Below are positions 41,523 to 53,777 of a DNA stretch of 64,000 bases, in pieces (the stretch's first letter is position 1; every line of letters begins with the position of its first letter). The DNA comes from Chrysemys picta bellii (Eukaryota): NCBI RefSeq assembly GCF_011386835.1, contig NC_088795.1, positions 45,508,001-45,572,000 of the forward strand, in the 5' to 3' direction. A program made the position numbers and the translations under genes. The notes beneath the pieces were generated by a model, which made no database searches, was not told where the DNA came from, and saw only the letters and a list, made by a program, of their open reading frames with translations.

Positions 41523-42114
41523 ACATCAGATCATATACAATTATATTTACATTAATAATTCCTAATCATAATGCACACGTTCATCAGATCCAATTAATGA
41601 AATAAATTTCCCTTTGGATTTTATCACATTATTTACCTTTTGATATATAGCTTCTTAAGTGGGTGTACAGCCCATTATGTCTTTGATCCATAATCTCATT
41701 GAAGGTGCAGCATTTCTCATCCAATTTAATGCAGTATACTTCTTTTGCAATTAATTAAGCACAAACCCAGACACTTCTATTGCCATTGCTATTGAATTTC
41801 AGACACGTTTTAAAGGACATTGCCAGGATAAAAACTGTGGACCAGGTTCACTCTGGCTGCTTTGTGACACTCTACCAACAAAAAACAACCTAAATGGCCA
41901 GTTTAACTGGGTGTGTGGTTAATTTTTTTTAATCACCACAGCAGTGCAAAGCAGGTATTGTACTGGTGAATCTGTTTTTTTTTTTTTTTAAGAAAAAGTC
42001 CCTACCTATGATATTAACAAATATTTGCTTATTAAAACTAAAATAATTTTGAAAATCTGATTTACCGTTCAACATTACTACTGTTTGCTTACTAATTAGC
42101 TAAGCATGCTTTAG

Positions 42115-42240
42115 TGGAGTACAAGTGACAGAGTAAGGAATTTATTTCTTCTAGTCCTGGCTCTACCAATAACTCACTGAGTGACTTTGCGTAAGTTGCA
42201 TAGCCTTTCTGTGCCTCCGTTTCCCCATTAATAAAATGAG
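42115..42240 (+). mobile_element. CORE SINE fragment
   Basis: tagtcctggctctacc...actgagtgactttg...tgtgcctccgtttccccatt..taaaatg. Confidence 0.6.
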
Positions 42241-44932
42241 AAGAAGAAGAAGAACAACAACATACTTATTGGAGAGTTGTGAGAAATTATGTTTTCCCCA
42301 GGTTAAATCCCTATTATTATTTTGCATTTCACTCAACTTGGATAAAGACAATAGTCAATCTGGCTTGCATTTACTCAGATTCCAGACAATTTTACTTTCA
42401 TGTTTTCATGGACTGGCACAACACTGTAGTATTTGAGCTGACAATACTGAATGGGCATGTTCATTTAAAAAAATCTGCTACAATTGTTAAAAGGTCATGG
42501 AAACATTCTGTTTCTCATAGGTTTTACAAAATCTTGTTTTTACAAAATCCAATTCCTGAGCAAGCTGTGATCTGGTAGTGTTCCTTTATGACCAGTCCCC
42601 ACCCTGCCTTTTCTTTACCAACTCTGCATGTTGGGTGTGGGGAGGTAGAACCTGTTTCTCCTCTTGCAACTGCAACCTATGGTAGGTATTAGGTAGCCTA
42701 GGAGAGGGAGTAAGGTGGAGTCCTTAAGCCCCTTTATTCCCTTGCACAGGCAGTGAAGATCTAGCGGTAGAGGCTCTCAATTGGAATTCTAAACTACTAC
42801 TAACCGGGTACTTTGTTATTCAAGATTCTGGAACATAAACTAGGAAACAACCTTGAATTGTAAGGTTTTCTCTAAAAATTTTCAGTTTCACCCAACATCC
42901 ATTAGAGATCCGTATGATGATGCAAGAACCCCCAGTCTTTTAGATGTAATGAGACACACATTCCAGTAGTCAGCACTTGCCTTTCCCACATATTGAGAAA
43001 AATCCCTTTCCCATCACAGTTTATATTAGACTGGGCACCCAGGCACCTTTTGCTTTCACAGTGGATCAGAACCTCCCCTTCTCCCCACCTCTTTCCACAG
43101 CCATCTAACAAATCAGAATCATGGAACCATAGTTCGTTCATAGTCTTCTGATTGAATGGTTCTCTTTTTAGATGAAAACAGGAGAAGATTATGTTTTTCT
43201 CTTATTCACTGCAAAAAAGTATTCCCCTTTCTGATCATAACTATTTGGGTTTTTTAACCTGAAAACCAACTGAAAGAACTTTTTAGGTAATTAGAGAGTA
43301 TCCCTGTCCCAAAAGGAAGTATTGGAAATAAATCCTGTGAATGCAAAAACACTCTTCAGTTGTATAAAATTTGTCATTGGCAGTAAAAAAAAGTTTATTT
43401 AGTTCAATCTAGTACTTCAGAGGAAACACTGTTTAAATTATGACTCATGATTAAGGATTCATGTCATCAAAAATAAGTGGAACATTTCTAACAGACCAAT
43501 ACAGAACCAAGGGCATTCTAGGCATCAACACTACTGGACCTGTGAGATTTCCACTGCTGCAGGTGATTTGTAGAAAACACCATGCTATACTGAAAGGCAC
43601 AGATCTGATTTCTAGGAAGAAAATGTACTTATAGTGTGGGTTTCCTTTTTGTAGTATTTTTTTCTGTGCTTCTTTCTAGTCAAACTGTGACTCAAGTTTT
43701 AGGAGTCTTATTAGTGTTTAAAGTATTATTTTCATTGAAGATTGTAAATAAATAAAAGAGGCTCTATCTAGAAGCTCTGGGCCACGAGACAATACTCCCC
43801 ATCCCCATGAATGCATTCCACCAGCATCCTTTCTCCAGGGATAAGCCAATGCGGCTTTACCAAGTGCCGCTGTATGAGGGAGCGGGCTGAGGCCATATCC
43901 ACTAGACCCCTCTGAGGCTTTCTTTCTACCCACACGGGGATGGTGACTATCCCACGCCTCTTCTTCCGCCCTCCAACCTTGGTCCAACCACAGAATTCAG
44001 CGGCCTCACAGTCTATCACTGGGCAGTCACAGCTCTTATGCCCCAGCTGTCCACAGCACCAGCATACAAGCTGTCCTGGACAGCTAGGGGTTCCCTTGTG
44101 CTCCTCCTGTCGCTTGTCTACTGGCTTCCCAGCAGGGTGCTCATGGGGTTTCTTGCCTCCCTCTGGGTCTCACAAGGTCCAATTCTAACTCTGGGGGAGA
44201 TCTGCCCCTGCATATTCCTCCGTCCTTTTGACCGCGGCTTCTACAGTGGCAGGCTGATGTTGCCGCACCCAGACCTGTATGCTATTGGGGAGGCACTGCA
44301 CAAACTCTTCAGAGATCATCTGATCCATGATCTGCCCACGGTTTGGGCGTCGGGCCTCAACCACCACGTCATCCAGTCCATCAATTTCTGGGCAAAGGCC
44401 CAGGGCCAAACACCCCCTGCCCACCGGGCTGCCCGACACTTTTGCCGGTATTTTTCCTATGAAAGCTCCAGGCGGTCCAAGATGGCTGCCTTCACGGTGT
44501 CATATTCCCTAGCCTGGGCATCTGTCAGGGCCATATATGTGCCTCCCCATCAAAATATGGGGCTAGCCACAGGGCCCACATTGTCCTGTCCCATCCCGCG
44601 CCCAGGGCCAGCTGCTCAAAGGTGCCCAAAAAGGCGTTGGGGTTGTCCACTGTGGCCTTCTTACAGCAGCTGAGGCCCAGGGGGTGGGTGCCATCTCCCC
44701 CTACAGGACTCACCAGTTTCTGCAGGAGCTGCTGTTGCAACGCTGTCTGTTCTTTAATAAAATCCTGCAAAGTCTTTTGTTGCTTGGCCTGCCAAGCCAG
44801 TAAAGCTTGCCTCTCCAGCTGGTAGGACTGCTGAAAGGCCTGCAGTGTCTTCTGCATCTCCCCATGCTGCTCCGTGAGCCACTGCAGAGTGCCCTCCATC
44901 TCCGGGTCACCAAACTGTGTCTCTGGCAAAAG

Positions 44933-44950
44933 ATCCTGGACAAGCCCCCA
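44933..44950 (-). promoter_or_regulatory. Primer-binding site complementary to the tRNA-Pro 3' end
   Basis: Minus strand TGGGGGCTTGTCCAGGAT versus canonical PBS-Pro TGGGGGCTCGTCCGGGAT: 16/18 match, and both mismatches are CpG transitions. Confidence 0.85.
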
Positions 44951-44952
44951 CA

Positions 44953-45374
44953 TGTAACAGGATTCCATGACCTGCCTTTCTTCCTGGGGCCCTCTTGCCC
45001 TCCCCAATAAGGCTCAGAAAGGCTTCAGGGTTATGCAACACCCATGTCTTTATTTACTTATTGTCTCACCACCAGTATCCACCTATATACAAGCTTTACA
45101 GGTTTGGTTATGTCCCTTACAGGCAGGGTCAGAACTTCAGCTAGGAAGCCTCTAGCTCCCTTCCTGACTAATTTCTCCCTTGCGCGCGCACGCACCCCCC
45201 CCCCTCCTTCTGGCTCCCTCCCAGCCTTTATAGCCCTTGGCTTGTCAGGCCAGCAGGTGTTGCCAATCCTCAGGCCGGCATCAGGCCTTTTCCATCAGCC
45301 CCAATCTGCTTCCCTTGATTGGAGCTGACCAGGCAGGGGCTAATTAGGTGCTTCTGCAGCAGCACCCTGTTACA
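44953..45374 (-). repeat. 5' LTR of the Gmr1-like element (422 bp)
   Basis: Perfect 9-bp inverted termini TGTAACAGG / CCTGTTACA; PBS lies 2 nt inside. Confidence 0.85.
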
Positions 45375-45733
45375 GAATTATATAGTGCATTCAGCATTCT
45401 CTTTGACCAATAGAAAGTATCAGTCAGTTGCTGTTCACAATACTTGGTAGCACCCAAATAGTCTATGAATGCATTATATAATACCAAAAAGAAACAGCCA
45501 GGGAGGCCTTAGAAAATATATGGAAAGTGTAATGCTGACAAAACTCTGTTAATAATAAGCACACTTCTCTCCTTACAGCAACTATGGGTGGTCCTCCAAA
45601 AAAAATCTGACTGCTAGCTGGCTAACTGGCAAATTCAAAACCAAATATCTGCCATCACCTGTGAAAGGAGTGAGACACTCCAAAAACAACGAGGAATCCT
45701 TGTGGCACCTTATAGACTAACAAATTTATATGG

Positions 45734-45773
45734 GCATAAGCTTTCGTGGGCTAAAACCCAATTCATCAGATGA
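45734..45773 (-). ncRNA. Second hammerhead motif, mutated, in the inverted arm
   Basis: UCAU-CUGAUGA-a-UUGGG(uuuuag)CCCAC-GAAA-GC-UU-AUGC; G10.1 replaced by U. Confidence 0.55.
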
Positions 45774-46076
45774 ATGGAGTGAAAAATACAGTAGGAAGAA
45801 ATATAGAGCAGTACATGAAAAGATGTTAACAGTCAGATGGGTCACTACAAGAACTAAAAATAAAAAATAATTTCCCTATGCTAATTTGCCCCTACTGTTA
45901 CTCACACCTTCTTGTGAACTGTTTGAAATGAGCCGCTCTGATTACCACTACAAAAGTGATTTTTCATCCTGTTGATAATAGCCCACTTTAATTGAATTGT
46001 CTCAACCCCCCACTTGGTAAGGCAACTCTCATCTTTTCATGTACTGCTCTTTATTTCTTCCTACTGTATTTTCCAC

Positions 46077-46116
46077 GCATCTGATGACGTGGGTTTTAGC
46101 CCACGAAAGCTTATGC
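46077..46116 (+). ncRNA. Minimal type I hammerhead ribozyme motif
   Basis: GCAU-CUGAUGA-c-GUGGG(uuuuag)CCCAC-GAAA-GC-UU-AUGC: stem I GCAU/AUGC, intact core, 5-bp stem II, palindromic AAGCUU stem III. Confidence 0.75.
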
Positions 46117-47523
46117 CCAAATAAATTTGTTAGTCCATAAGGTGCCACAAGGACTCCTCGTTGTTTTTGCTGATACAGACTAACACGGCTACCACTCTGA
46201 AACCTGAGACACTCCAGTCTTCCACAGCCATTAGAACTTTGCAGAATTTCCAGCACTGGTAAGACTTCCCAACTCACACCTCCTTTGTTAGGCCTCATGA
46301 CCCTGCCTGAATTAGCTTGACACTGGGGATAATCATTCACCAGTTTCAATAAGTGTTTCCGACATATCTGAATCAAATATATTGGACAGTCTGGATATAT
46401 CACTTCAAGAACTCACACTGCGCTAGTTACATATTCCTGACCAAGGTTGGGGAGGTGGAAGTTGTGGGTACAATCATAAGATATAAATCAACCAAAACAA
46501 TAAGCATTCCTGCTGTTCACATCTAACATGGATAGGCACTGTATACGTTTCACATACAAAGTACTCATCAGCTAAATCAAAGCTTTTAATTATTGGGTAA
46601 GGTTGACTCATCTGAATACACAAAGTTAATCTATACTTTCTATTTTTTTAAACAACTTATCGAAAAAAAGAATCTGTAGGTAATCCCTCTCCACTACCCA
46701 CCCAAAATATCAAGTATTGATCTCTGACTCCCCTGTCAGAATCAATTTATTCCCCAGTCAAATAAGTCCCTTTCATTCCTGCTTATATCAAATGTCCTTT
46801 CAGACCTCCTTCTAGGTCTCTGTCCCTCATATAGACAGCGCATTGTGGGAAATGTTTGCTTTAGCATTTGCCATCAGGGTTCTGGGATGAGGTATCAGAT
46901 GACAGGCTTTCATCTGGATATAATTTATTCATTATATCAGTACTTTATATTAAAGAAAGTGCACCAGTGTGAAAATATGAAGGGAACACACATTTTGGCT
47001 ATTGAATAACCTGGAAATTATTAAAGTTAAAAGCTCCTGGGTCAGAGGGAGCAGCATCATGTTTTATAATAATATGTTAATGTTTCAGTCACGTAACCTC
47101 TGTGGGTCTTTGGAACACCTGTGATGGAAATGAGTTTTGCGCTATTACAATGCTAACAAATAAACTGAGCCTAGTCAGTTTAAGTGCTTGAATCTGTTCA
47201 TGGGACTGCTTTATTAGCTAATAAAACACATCCTGGCATAAATATAATAAAGATTTCATACATAATACTACCCTAAGTCAATTTTCAACAAATTATTCCT
47301 TTTTTTTATTATATTAGTCTCTATTTTCCTGTTTCTTAGGTTTTATTCAATACAGCTCCTGCTCAAGAGGTGGCTGATGCCACTGCAGTGAGATCGAAAT
47401 TGTGGGAGTGCATGTCAGCTACTATATTATCTGTCATTAAAAAGAATACTGCTGGTGAATTTAACTCTTAAAAGTAGCCTTGTCCAAGATCTCCTACTGT
47501 ATTCTGTACTGTATTCTGTATAC

Positions 47524-49335
47524 TGGGAGGAGTATAAAAATATTGCTCAGGCTTGCAGGAGGGAAATCAGGAAGGCCAAATCACACTTGGAGTTGCAGTT
47601 AGCAAGAGATGTTAAGAGTAACAAGAAGGGTTTCTTCAGGTATGTTGGCAACAAGAAGAAAATCAAGGAAAGTGTGGGCCCCTTACTGAATAAGGGAGGC
47701 AACCTAGTGACCGAGGATGTGGAAAAAGCTAATGTACTCAATGATTTTTTTGCCTCTGTCTTCACGCACAAGGTCAGCTCCCAGATTGCTGCAGTGGGCA
47801 GTACAGCATGGGGAGAAGGTGACCAACCCTCTGTGGAGAAAGAAGTGGTTCGGGACTATTTAGAAAAACTGGACGTGCACAAGTCCATGGGGCCGGATGC
47901 GCTGCATCCGAGGGTGCTAAAGGAGTTGGCAGGTGAGATTGCAGAGCCATTAGCCATTATTTTTGAAAACTCATGGCGATCGGGGGAGGTCCCAGATGAC
48001 TGGAAAAAGGCTAATGTAGTGCCCATCTTTAAAAAAGGGAAGGAGGAGGATCCGGGGAACTACAGGCCAGTCAGCCTCACCTCAGTCCCTGGAAAAATCA
48101 TGGAGCAGGTCCTCAAGGAATCAATTATGAAACATTTAGAGGAGAGGAAAGTGATCAGGAACAGTCAGCATGGATTCACGAAGGGGAAGTCGTGCCTGAC
48201 TAACCTAATTGCCTTCTATGATGAGATAACTGGCTCTGTGGATGAGGGGAAAGCAGTGGATGTGTTATTCCTTGACTTTAGCAAAGCTTTTGATACGGTC
48301 TCCCACAGTATTCTTGCCGCCAAGTTAAAGAAGTATGGGCTGGATGAATGGACTGTAAGGTGGATAGAAAGCTGGCTAGATCGTCGGGCTCAACGGGTAG
48401 TGATCAATGGCTCCATGTCTAGTTGGCAGCCGGTTTCAAGCGGAGTGCCCCAAGGGTCGGTCCTGGGGCCGGTTTTGTTTAATATCTTTATTAATGATCT
48501 GGAGGATGGTGTGGACTGCACTCTCAGCAAGTTTGCAGATGACACTAAACTAGGAGGCGTGGTAGATACACTAGAGGGCAGGGATCGGATACAGAGGGAC
48601 CTAGACAAATTAGAGGATTGGGCCGAAAAAAACCTGATGAGGTTCAACAAGGACAAGTGCAGAGTCCTGCACTTAGGACGGAAGAATTCCATGCACTGCT
48701 ACAGATTAGGGACCGAATGGCTAGGTAGCAGTTCTGCAGAAAAGGACCTAGGGGTCACAGTGGACGAGAAGCTGGATATGAGTCAACAGTGTGCTCTTGT
48801 TGCCAAGAAGGCTAACGGCATTTTGGGCTGTATAAGTAGGGGCATTGCCAGCAGATCGAGGAACGTGATCGTTCCCCTTTATTCGACATTGGTGAGGCCT
48901 CATCTGGAATACTGTGTCCAGTTTTGGGCCCCACACTACAAGAAGGATGTGGAAAAATTGGAAAGAGTCCAGCGGAGGGCAACAAAAATGATTAGGGGTC
49001 TGGAGCACATGACTTATGAGGAGAGGCTGAGGGAACTGGGATTGTTTAGTCTCCAGAAGAGAAGAATGAGGGGGGATTTGATAGCAGCCTTCAACTACCT
49101 GAAGGGGGGTTCCAAAGAGGATGGAGCTCGGCTGTTCTCAGTGGTGGCAGACGACAGAACAAGGAGCAATGGTCTCAAGTTGCAGTGGGGGAGGTCCAGG
49201 TTGGATATCAGGAAAAACTATTTCACTAGGAGGGTGGTGAAACACTGGAATGCATTACCTAGGGAGGTGGTGGAGTCTCCTTCCTTGGAGGTTTTTAAGG
49301 CCCGGCTTGACAAAGCCCTGGCTGGGATGATTTAG
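47524..49335 (+). CDS. CR1 ORF2 partial: complete RT domain, endonuclease absent (codons 47455-47523 of the ORF track are flanking DNA)
   Basis: [30 protein letters not shown] and FADD motifs, ending DKALAGMI*; no stops. Confidence 0.92.
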   Translation, partial: WEEYKNIAQACRREIRKAKSHLELQLARDVKSNKKGFFRYVGNKKKIKESVGPLLNKGGNLVTEDVEKANVLNDFFASVFTHKVSSQIAAVGSTAWGEGDQPSVEKEVVRDYLEKLDVHKSMGPDALHPRVLKELAGEIAEPLAIIFENSWRSGEVPDDWKKANVVPIFKKGKEEDPGNYRPVSLTSVPGKIMEQVLKESIMKHLEERKVIRNSQHGFTKGKSCLTNLIAFYDEITGSVDEGKAVDVLFLDFSKAFDTVSHSILAAKLKKYGLDEWTVRWIESWLDRRAQRVVINGSMSSWQPVSSGVPQGSVLGPVLFNIFINDLEDGVDCTLSKFADDTKLGGVVDTLEGRDRIQRDLDKLEDWAEKNLMRFNKDKCRVLHLGRKNSMHCYRLGTEWLGSSSAEKDLGVTVDEKLDMSQQCALVAKKANGILGCISRGIASRSRNVIVPLYSTLVRPHLEYCVQFWAPHYKKDVEKLERVQRRATKMIRGLEHMTYEERLRELGLFSLQKRRMRGDLIAAFNYLKGGSKEDGARLFSVVADDRTRSNGLKLQWGRSRLDIRKNYFTRRVVKHWNALPREVVESPSLEVFKARLDKALAGMI

Positions 49336-49431
49336 CTGGGAATTGGTCCTGCTTTGAGCAGGGGGTTGGACTAGACGACCTCTTGAGGTCCCTTCCAACT
49401 CTGATATTCTATGATTCTATGATTCTATGAT
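47524..49431 (+). mobile_element. Young 5'-truncated CR1 LINE
   Basis: About 1.8 kb open ORF2 segment, 3' UTR and (ATTCTATG)x3 tail. Confidence 0.97.
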
Positions 49432-51751
49432 CTCAGTCCCCCTTTTTTGGCACAGCAGAATATGTACCATTGGCAATGCTGTTTTCCCATTCCTTGTCAA
49501 GGGAGTCCCTCAATATTCCCCTCCTAGCTTTATCCCACCAAATTTACACCCTCTCCGTCTTTGCTCCCATTGTCTCTGCACAGTGTTATTGACTTACAAT
49601 GATACATAGCTGCACAGTTATTACTGTACAAAGCTGCATGCTCCATGTATCCCCATCAATGTCACTGAGAGTGACATCTGGGAAACCATTTTCCTTTTCT
49701 GATGTCAACACTCCTCCTTTTCCAGCCAGAGATGGAGAGACCTATGAGGTGAAAAGACAGACCTGAGTTGCAAAGTTCAGATTCAGAGCCAAACTTTCCC
49801 AAAAGCTTTGGGGGAGGGTGTTTGGATCAGGAGTTTGATTTGGCCTCATCTCTAAATGAGTTATCCATTATACTATTATCTGGTGGGGAAAGTAATGAAA
49901 ACATGAAGGTTTTTCCTATGTCTATTAGGAAACAATAAACAAGTTATAGAAATATTTAAAAATCTAAAAAGGGAGAAAAATAGACGGAGACCCTTGTGAT
50001 TGGAGAGAGAAGCGTGGCAAGTGGTGAAATCATCTGGCATTGCATGTAAAAGGTAGTGCATGGCAGTTTATGCTGAAATCTAGAAACAACTGGAAAATGA
50101 GCATGTCATCACACTATTGAATTCATTAGCTATTTTCTCATTCTAACTGCAGCAAATTTGAAAGCTGCTGATCAATGTTACAAATGAGTCATTGCTTTCT
50201 ATGAATTACCAAACAGAAGTGTATGAAATACTACAGTTGAAAGAAGTAGTAGGAAACAAGCAATTCAAGATAGTGAAAAGGAAGAATTCTTCCAAAATAA
50301 AATGTAAACATCATTAAGAGTTAAGTAGCAGGTTAATTCAGGCTCATCTTTAAAAAGTGTAGAAAGTCAGTTTCTTCAAACTCTTCAAAATCAATTTTGT
50401 TATTGAATTTTTTTTTTTGTCTAATAAAGTGGAAGAGCAGAACAGAAATTCATTTTATATTTCTGCATGTCAAACATTTTTGATTCCATTCTCTTCACCA
50501 AATATAGCTGAGCAAGATAATTGCTCAGACAAGAGAAATTAACTGATAATGTCAACAAATGTGTAGACAAAAAAATCTATTCCTACTTAATACTATTGAT
50601 CCTATATCTGAAAATAGAACTACAGCGTTTTGTCCAAATTGCTAAGGAAGCCAACCAAGATCGAAGAGAGGAATGACAAGAAGTCTGAGAAGGAGGCCTT
50701 TGTCATTTGTTCAAACACCCCAAATAAAATGAAAAAGATGAGGGAACTTTTCAGGTACAATAACCCTATACATCTGTAATATGGGTGTTAAACACACTAT
50801 TTAAACGATGTTGAGGAAGAAATCGCAGCTGCCATCGTCCTAAAGTACATGGTAGAAGCTGAAAAATTCTTCCACAACCATGATCTGTCTCAAGCTTGGT
50901 TAATATTGATTCCCCAGCTTCCCAGAGATGCTTGGTGGAGCCCTTTCCACTTACTGTGCATTCACTTTGAATGGGCACAGAACAATACATTATATCTGTA
51001 CATTTGTGTCCACCTACTGCAATACATTGAAATCTACACTGCACGCATGCGCTTTATTCAATGAGGGTGTTTACAGATGCACAAAAAGAAACAAAAATAA
51101 GCTGACATATTACAGGCTGATGAAAGCAATGTCAGAGTCTCTGTGGAAATCTGGGTTGATATAATTAAAAACAAGAACTGGAACCACAATTGGATAAAAT
51201 AAAATAAAACAATCCAGAGAAACTATGGAACTTCAATTATTTCAATAGGATTTGTTGATACATCTTTGAAAAATCAGATTTCTGCACTTAAATTTGGATT
51301 AAGGAACCTAACTTTAAGACACGTTCGATAATTTTGGCCCTAACTTCTCTATCTTGATTTCCCATTTGTAAAATGAGAATATACCATTAGATCTATGTGA
51401 AATTCATAAATTTTGTTTCATGGAATCATAAAAATATTTGATATTTAGTTTCATTAACTTTCATACACCCATAATTTATATTTATTTAAAGTTTTGACAA
51501 AGTAGCTAATTTTGGCATAAAAATATGAATGTTCATGTTTTTGACATGACCACAATATTTATGGAAAAGATGAGTACATTTTGGTTCAGAAATGTCCCCG
51601 TTTGCTAGATCAATTCAGCTGCACAACTTTGAACAAAAATGGGAACATTTTCATATGTGCAACAACTTAAAAAAAAAAACTTTGAATATTGAGTAGTTTT
51701 GAATTTCACTAAAAATAGTTTACACAGTAACATTAATATTGGTTATGAACA

Positions 51752-51873
51752 TAGGGTTGCCAACACTCCAGGATTGGCCTGGAGACTCCAGGATTAAAGA
51801 TGAACCTTTAATTAAAGATTATGTCATGTGAGGAAACCTCCAGGAATATGTTCAACCAAAACTGTCAACCCTA
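51752..51873. mobile_element. hAT MITE
   Basis: TAGGGTTGCCAAC / GTCAACCCTA termini; imperfect TSD TATGAACA / TAAATGAACA. Confidence 0.75.
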
Positions 51874-53561
51874 TAAATGAACAGTAATCTCTGGGTCCTG
51901 TTATCACATTACGCAAGGCAGCAAAATCAACAAATCATCAATTTAGAGGAGAAAAAAGCCATAACCATGAAGATGTTGCATCTTGCATAATCTTTTTTTT
52001 AAAATGAGCAAAACAGGCTGTAAAGAGAATAGACGTAACCTACCTACAAACTAACAGCTGTAAAACAATGCTGTAAAATGGAAGAAATCCCACCTTAGAA
52101 AAATCCATTTTTCCCCCTCAACCACACTGTCTAATTAACAGCTCTATTCATTTGCACTTTTAAAGCCTTTAGTAAATTTGGCTATTTTTGCAAGATATTT
52201 AAATGTCAACATTTTACTGATTTAATAGAAATTCCTTGAATGGGATTCAAGCGTAATGTTATTTTTTCCTCCCTTTTGCACATATGTTTAAATAATTATG
52301 TAAAAGGATTCCTGACTATGTCTTCAGTTCTTTCAGAGGATGACTCATTTAATTCATTTTCACAAGGCACGGTATTGCTTAGGTTTAACTGAATGTTACT
52401 TTTATATATTTAATGTGGACTACGACCAACGTAGACCAGTATAGGGACTAAATGACTCTTTGCTAATTATGTCAGCAGACAGAAACAAAATACGGGTGTG
52501 GGGGAGAAAGGGTGGATGAGGGAGGGTAATTGGCAGTCAGAAGAGGGATGAGGTGCTTGGTGACTTGGTGATGTGTGGGAGAGATTTGGCAGCCTCCCTC
52601 TGAATAATATATCTCCATCTATCCCGACCCCTGAGATCTACCACTCTTCCCTGAACATTTAGGTCCATATATTCCCCTTCTGTGCAAAAGCAACAAATAA
52701 ATGGAAAAAATCAGTAGCTCAACTGAAGCTACTAAATCAGCACACTCACCCCTGCTCTCCGGCCCCCCGTCTGCAACACTGAGGAGGGTTATGGGACAGG
52801 ATAGGGGTCAGGATAGGTACTGCAGAGCCATGGCTCCAACCCCATGGCACACACCTATCTGCATGGAGGGAGTATCCTCCTCATTACTCTGCAGCCCACC
52901 TCCCCGCAGCACTGACAGCATTGGCTTACTGCACTAGCTTCACAGTGGAACTTCACAGGACCGTTGAGCAGGAGTTAATCCTGCCTCGGGTAGAATTCAT
53001 TCTCTGTTGCCCTTATCTATGGATTGGCTGAAGATTTACACAGGTGAAGCATGCAGCTTCGTGTGGCTTCTTCCTTTCACCTCCCCACTTCCTCCCCAGC
53101 CTACTTGATATTTGTCAAAGGGAGGAAAGTGGTCTTGTGATGCAACAGCATCCTCCTTAGCCATTTTCACCTCCACAGAGCTCCACAGCCACTCTGCTCC
53201 TCTCCACACTGGGAGAAGAGGGTTGGAGAAGCAGTAGGTGCTCCTTAGTTTGAGGCTCAAATGCAACTGTTCTGGGCCCCATTTTGTTCCATCCCCACTG
53301 AAATGTTGTCCAGTGTCATTCAGAGCTCACGAAATCTATGTCTCATACAATTGGCTACACTCTAGGATTGCTTGCAAATGCACACAACTAAATAAAGTGT
53401 AATCTCAGACCCCAGCACAGATTCAGCTGGGATCCAAATTAATCTTAATCTTTCAATGTAAGGAAGACATGCCAGGCCATCCAAACTTGCCTGCAGGCCA
53501 CTTGAAACCCAGAGCCTGCCAGCTGGCCATCACTGACCTTGAGGGCCATCTTAAAAACACT

Positions 53562-53777
53562 AAAAGAACAGGAGTACTTGTGGCACCTTAGAGACTAACA
53601 AATTTCTTAGAGCATAAGCTTTCGTGGACTACAGCCCACTTCTTCGGATGCATACAGAAGAAGTGGGTTGTAGTCCACGAAAGCTTATGCTCTAATAAAT
53701 TTGTTAGTCTCTAAGGTGCCACAAGTACTCCTGTTCTTTTTGCGGATACAGACTAACACGGCTGCTACTCTGAAACC
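53562..53777 (+). mobile_element. Penelope-derived fold-back mini-element
   Basis: Near-perfect palindrome 53562-53740 centred on ATGCAT, followed by gcggatacagactaacacggctgctactctgaaac; TSD (C)TTAAAAACACT (53551-53561, 53778-53788). Confidence 0.88.

Larger units (their letters stand above)
43775..45374 (-). mobile_element. 3'-truncated Gmr1-like Gypsy LTR retrotransposon: 5' LTR, PBS, gag (SCAN, CCHC), protease
   Basis: gag N-terminus (ATG near 44899) ...DNPNAFLGTFEQLALGAGWDRTMWALWLAPYF; SCAN-like QIMDQMISEEFVQCLPNSIQVWVRQHQPATVEAAV; zinc knuckle CWCCGQLGHKSCDC (44023-44064); protease GLVDMASARSLI; frameshifted. Confidence 0.85.
45683..46204 (+). mobile_element. Penelope-like element remnant with inverted terminal duplication
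   Basis: Arms 45683-45825 and 46030-46168 are reverse complements; ends gatacagactaacacggctaccactctgaaacc; 12-bp TSD TGAGACACTCCA (45671-45682, 46205-46216). Confidence 0.85.

Noticed and set aside
44038-44673. 211-aa plus-strand ORF
   Set aside because: Antisense to the Gypsy gag; no recognisable domain
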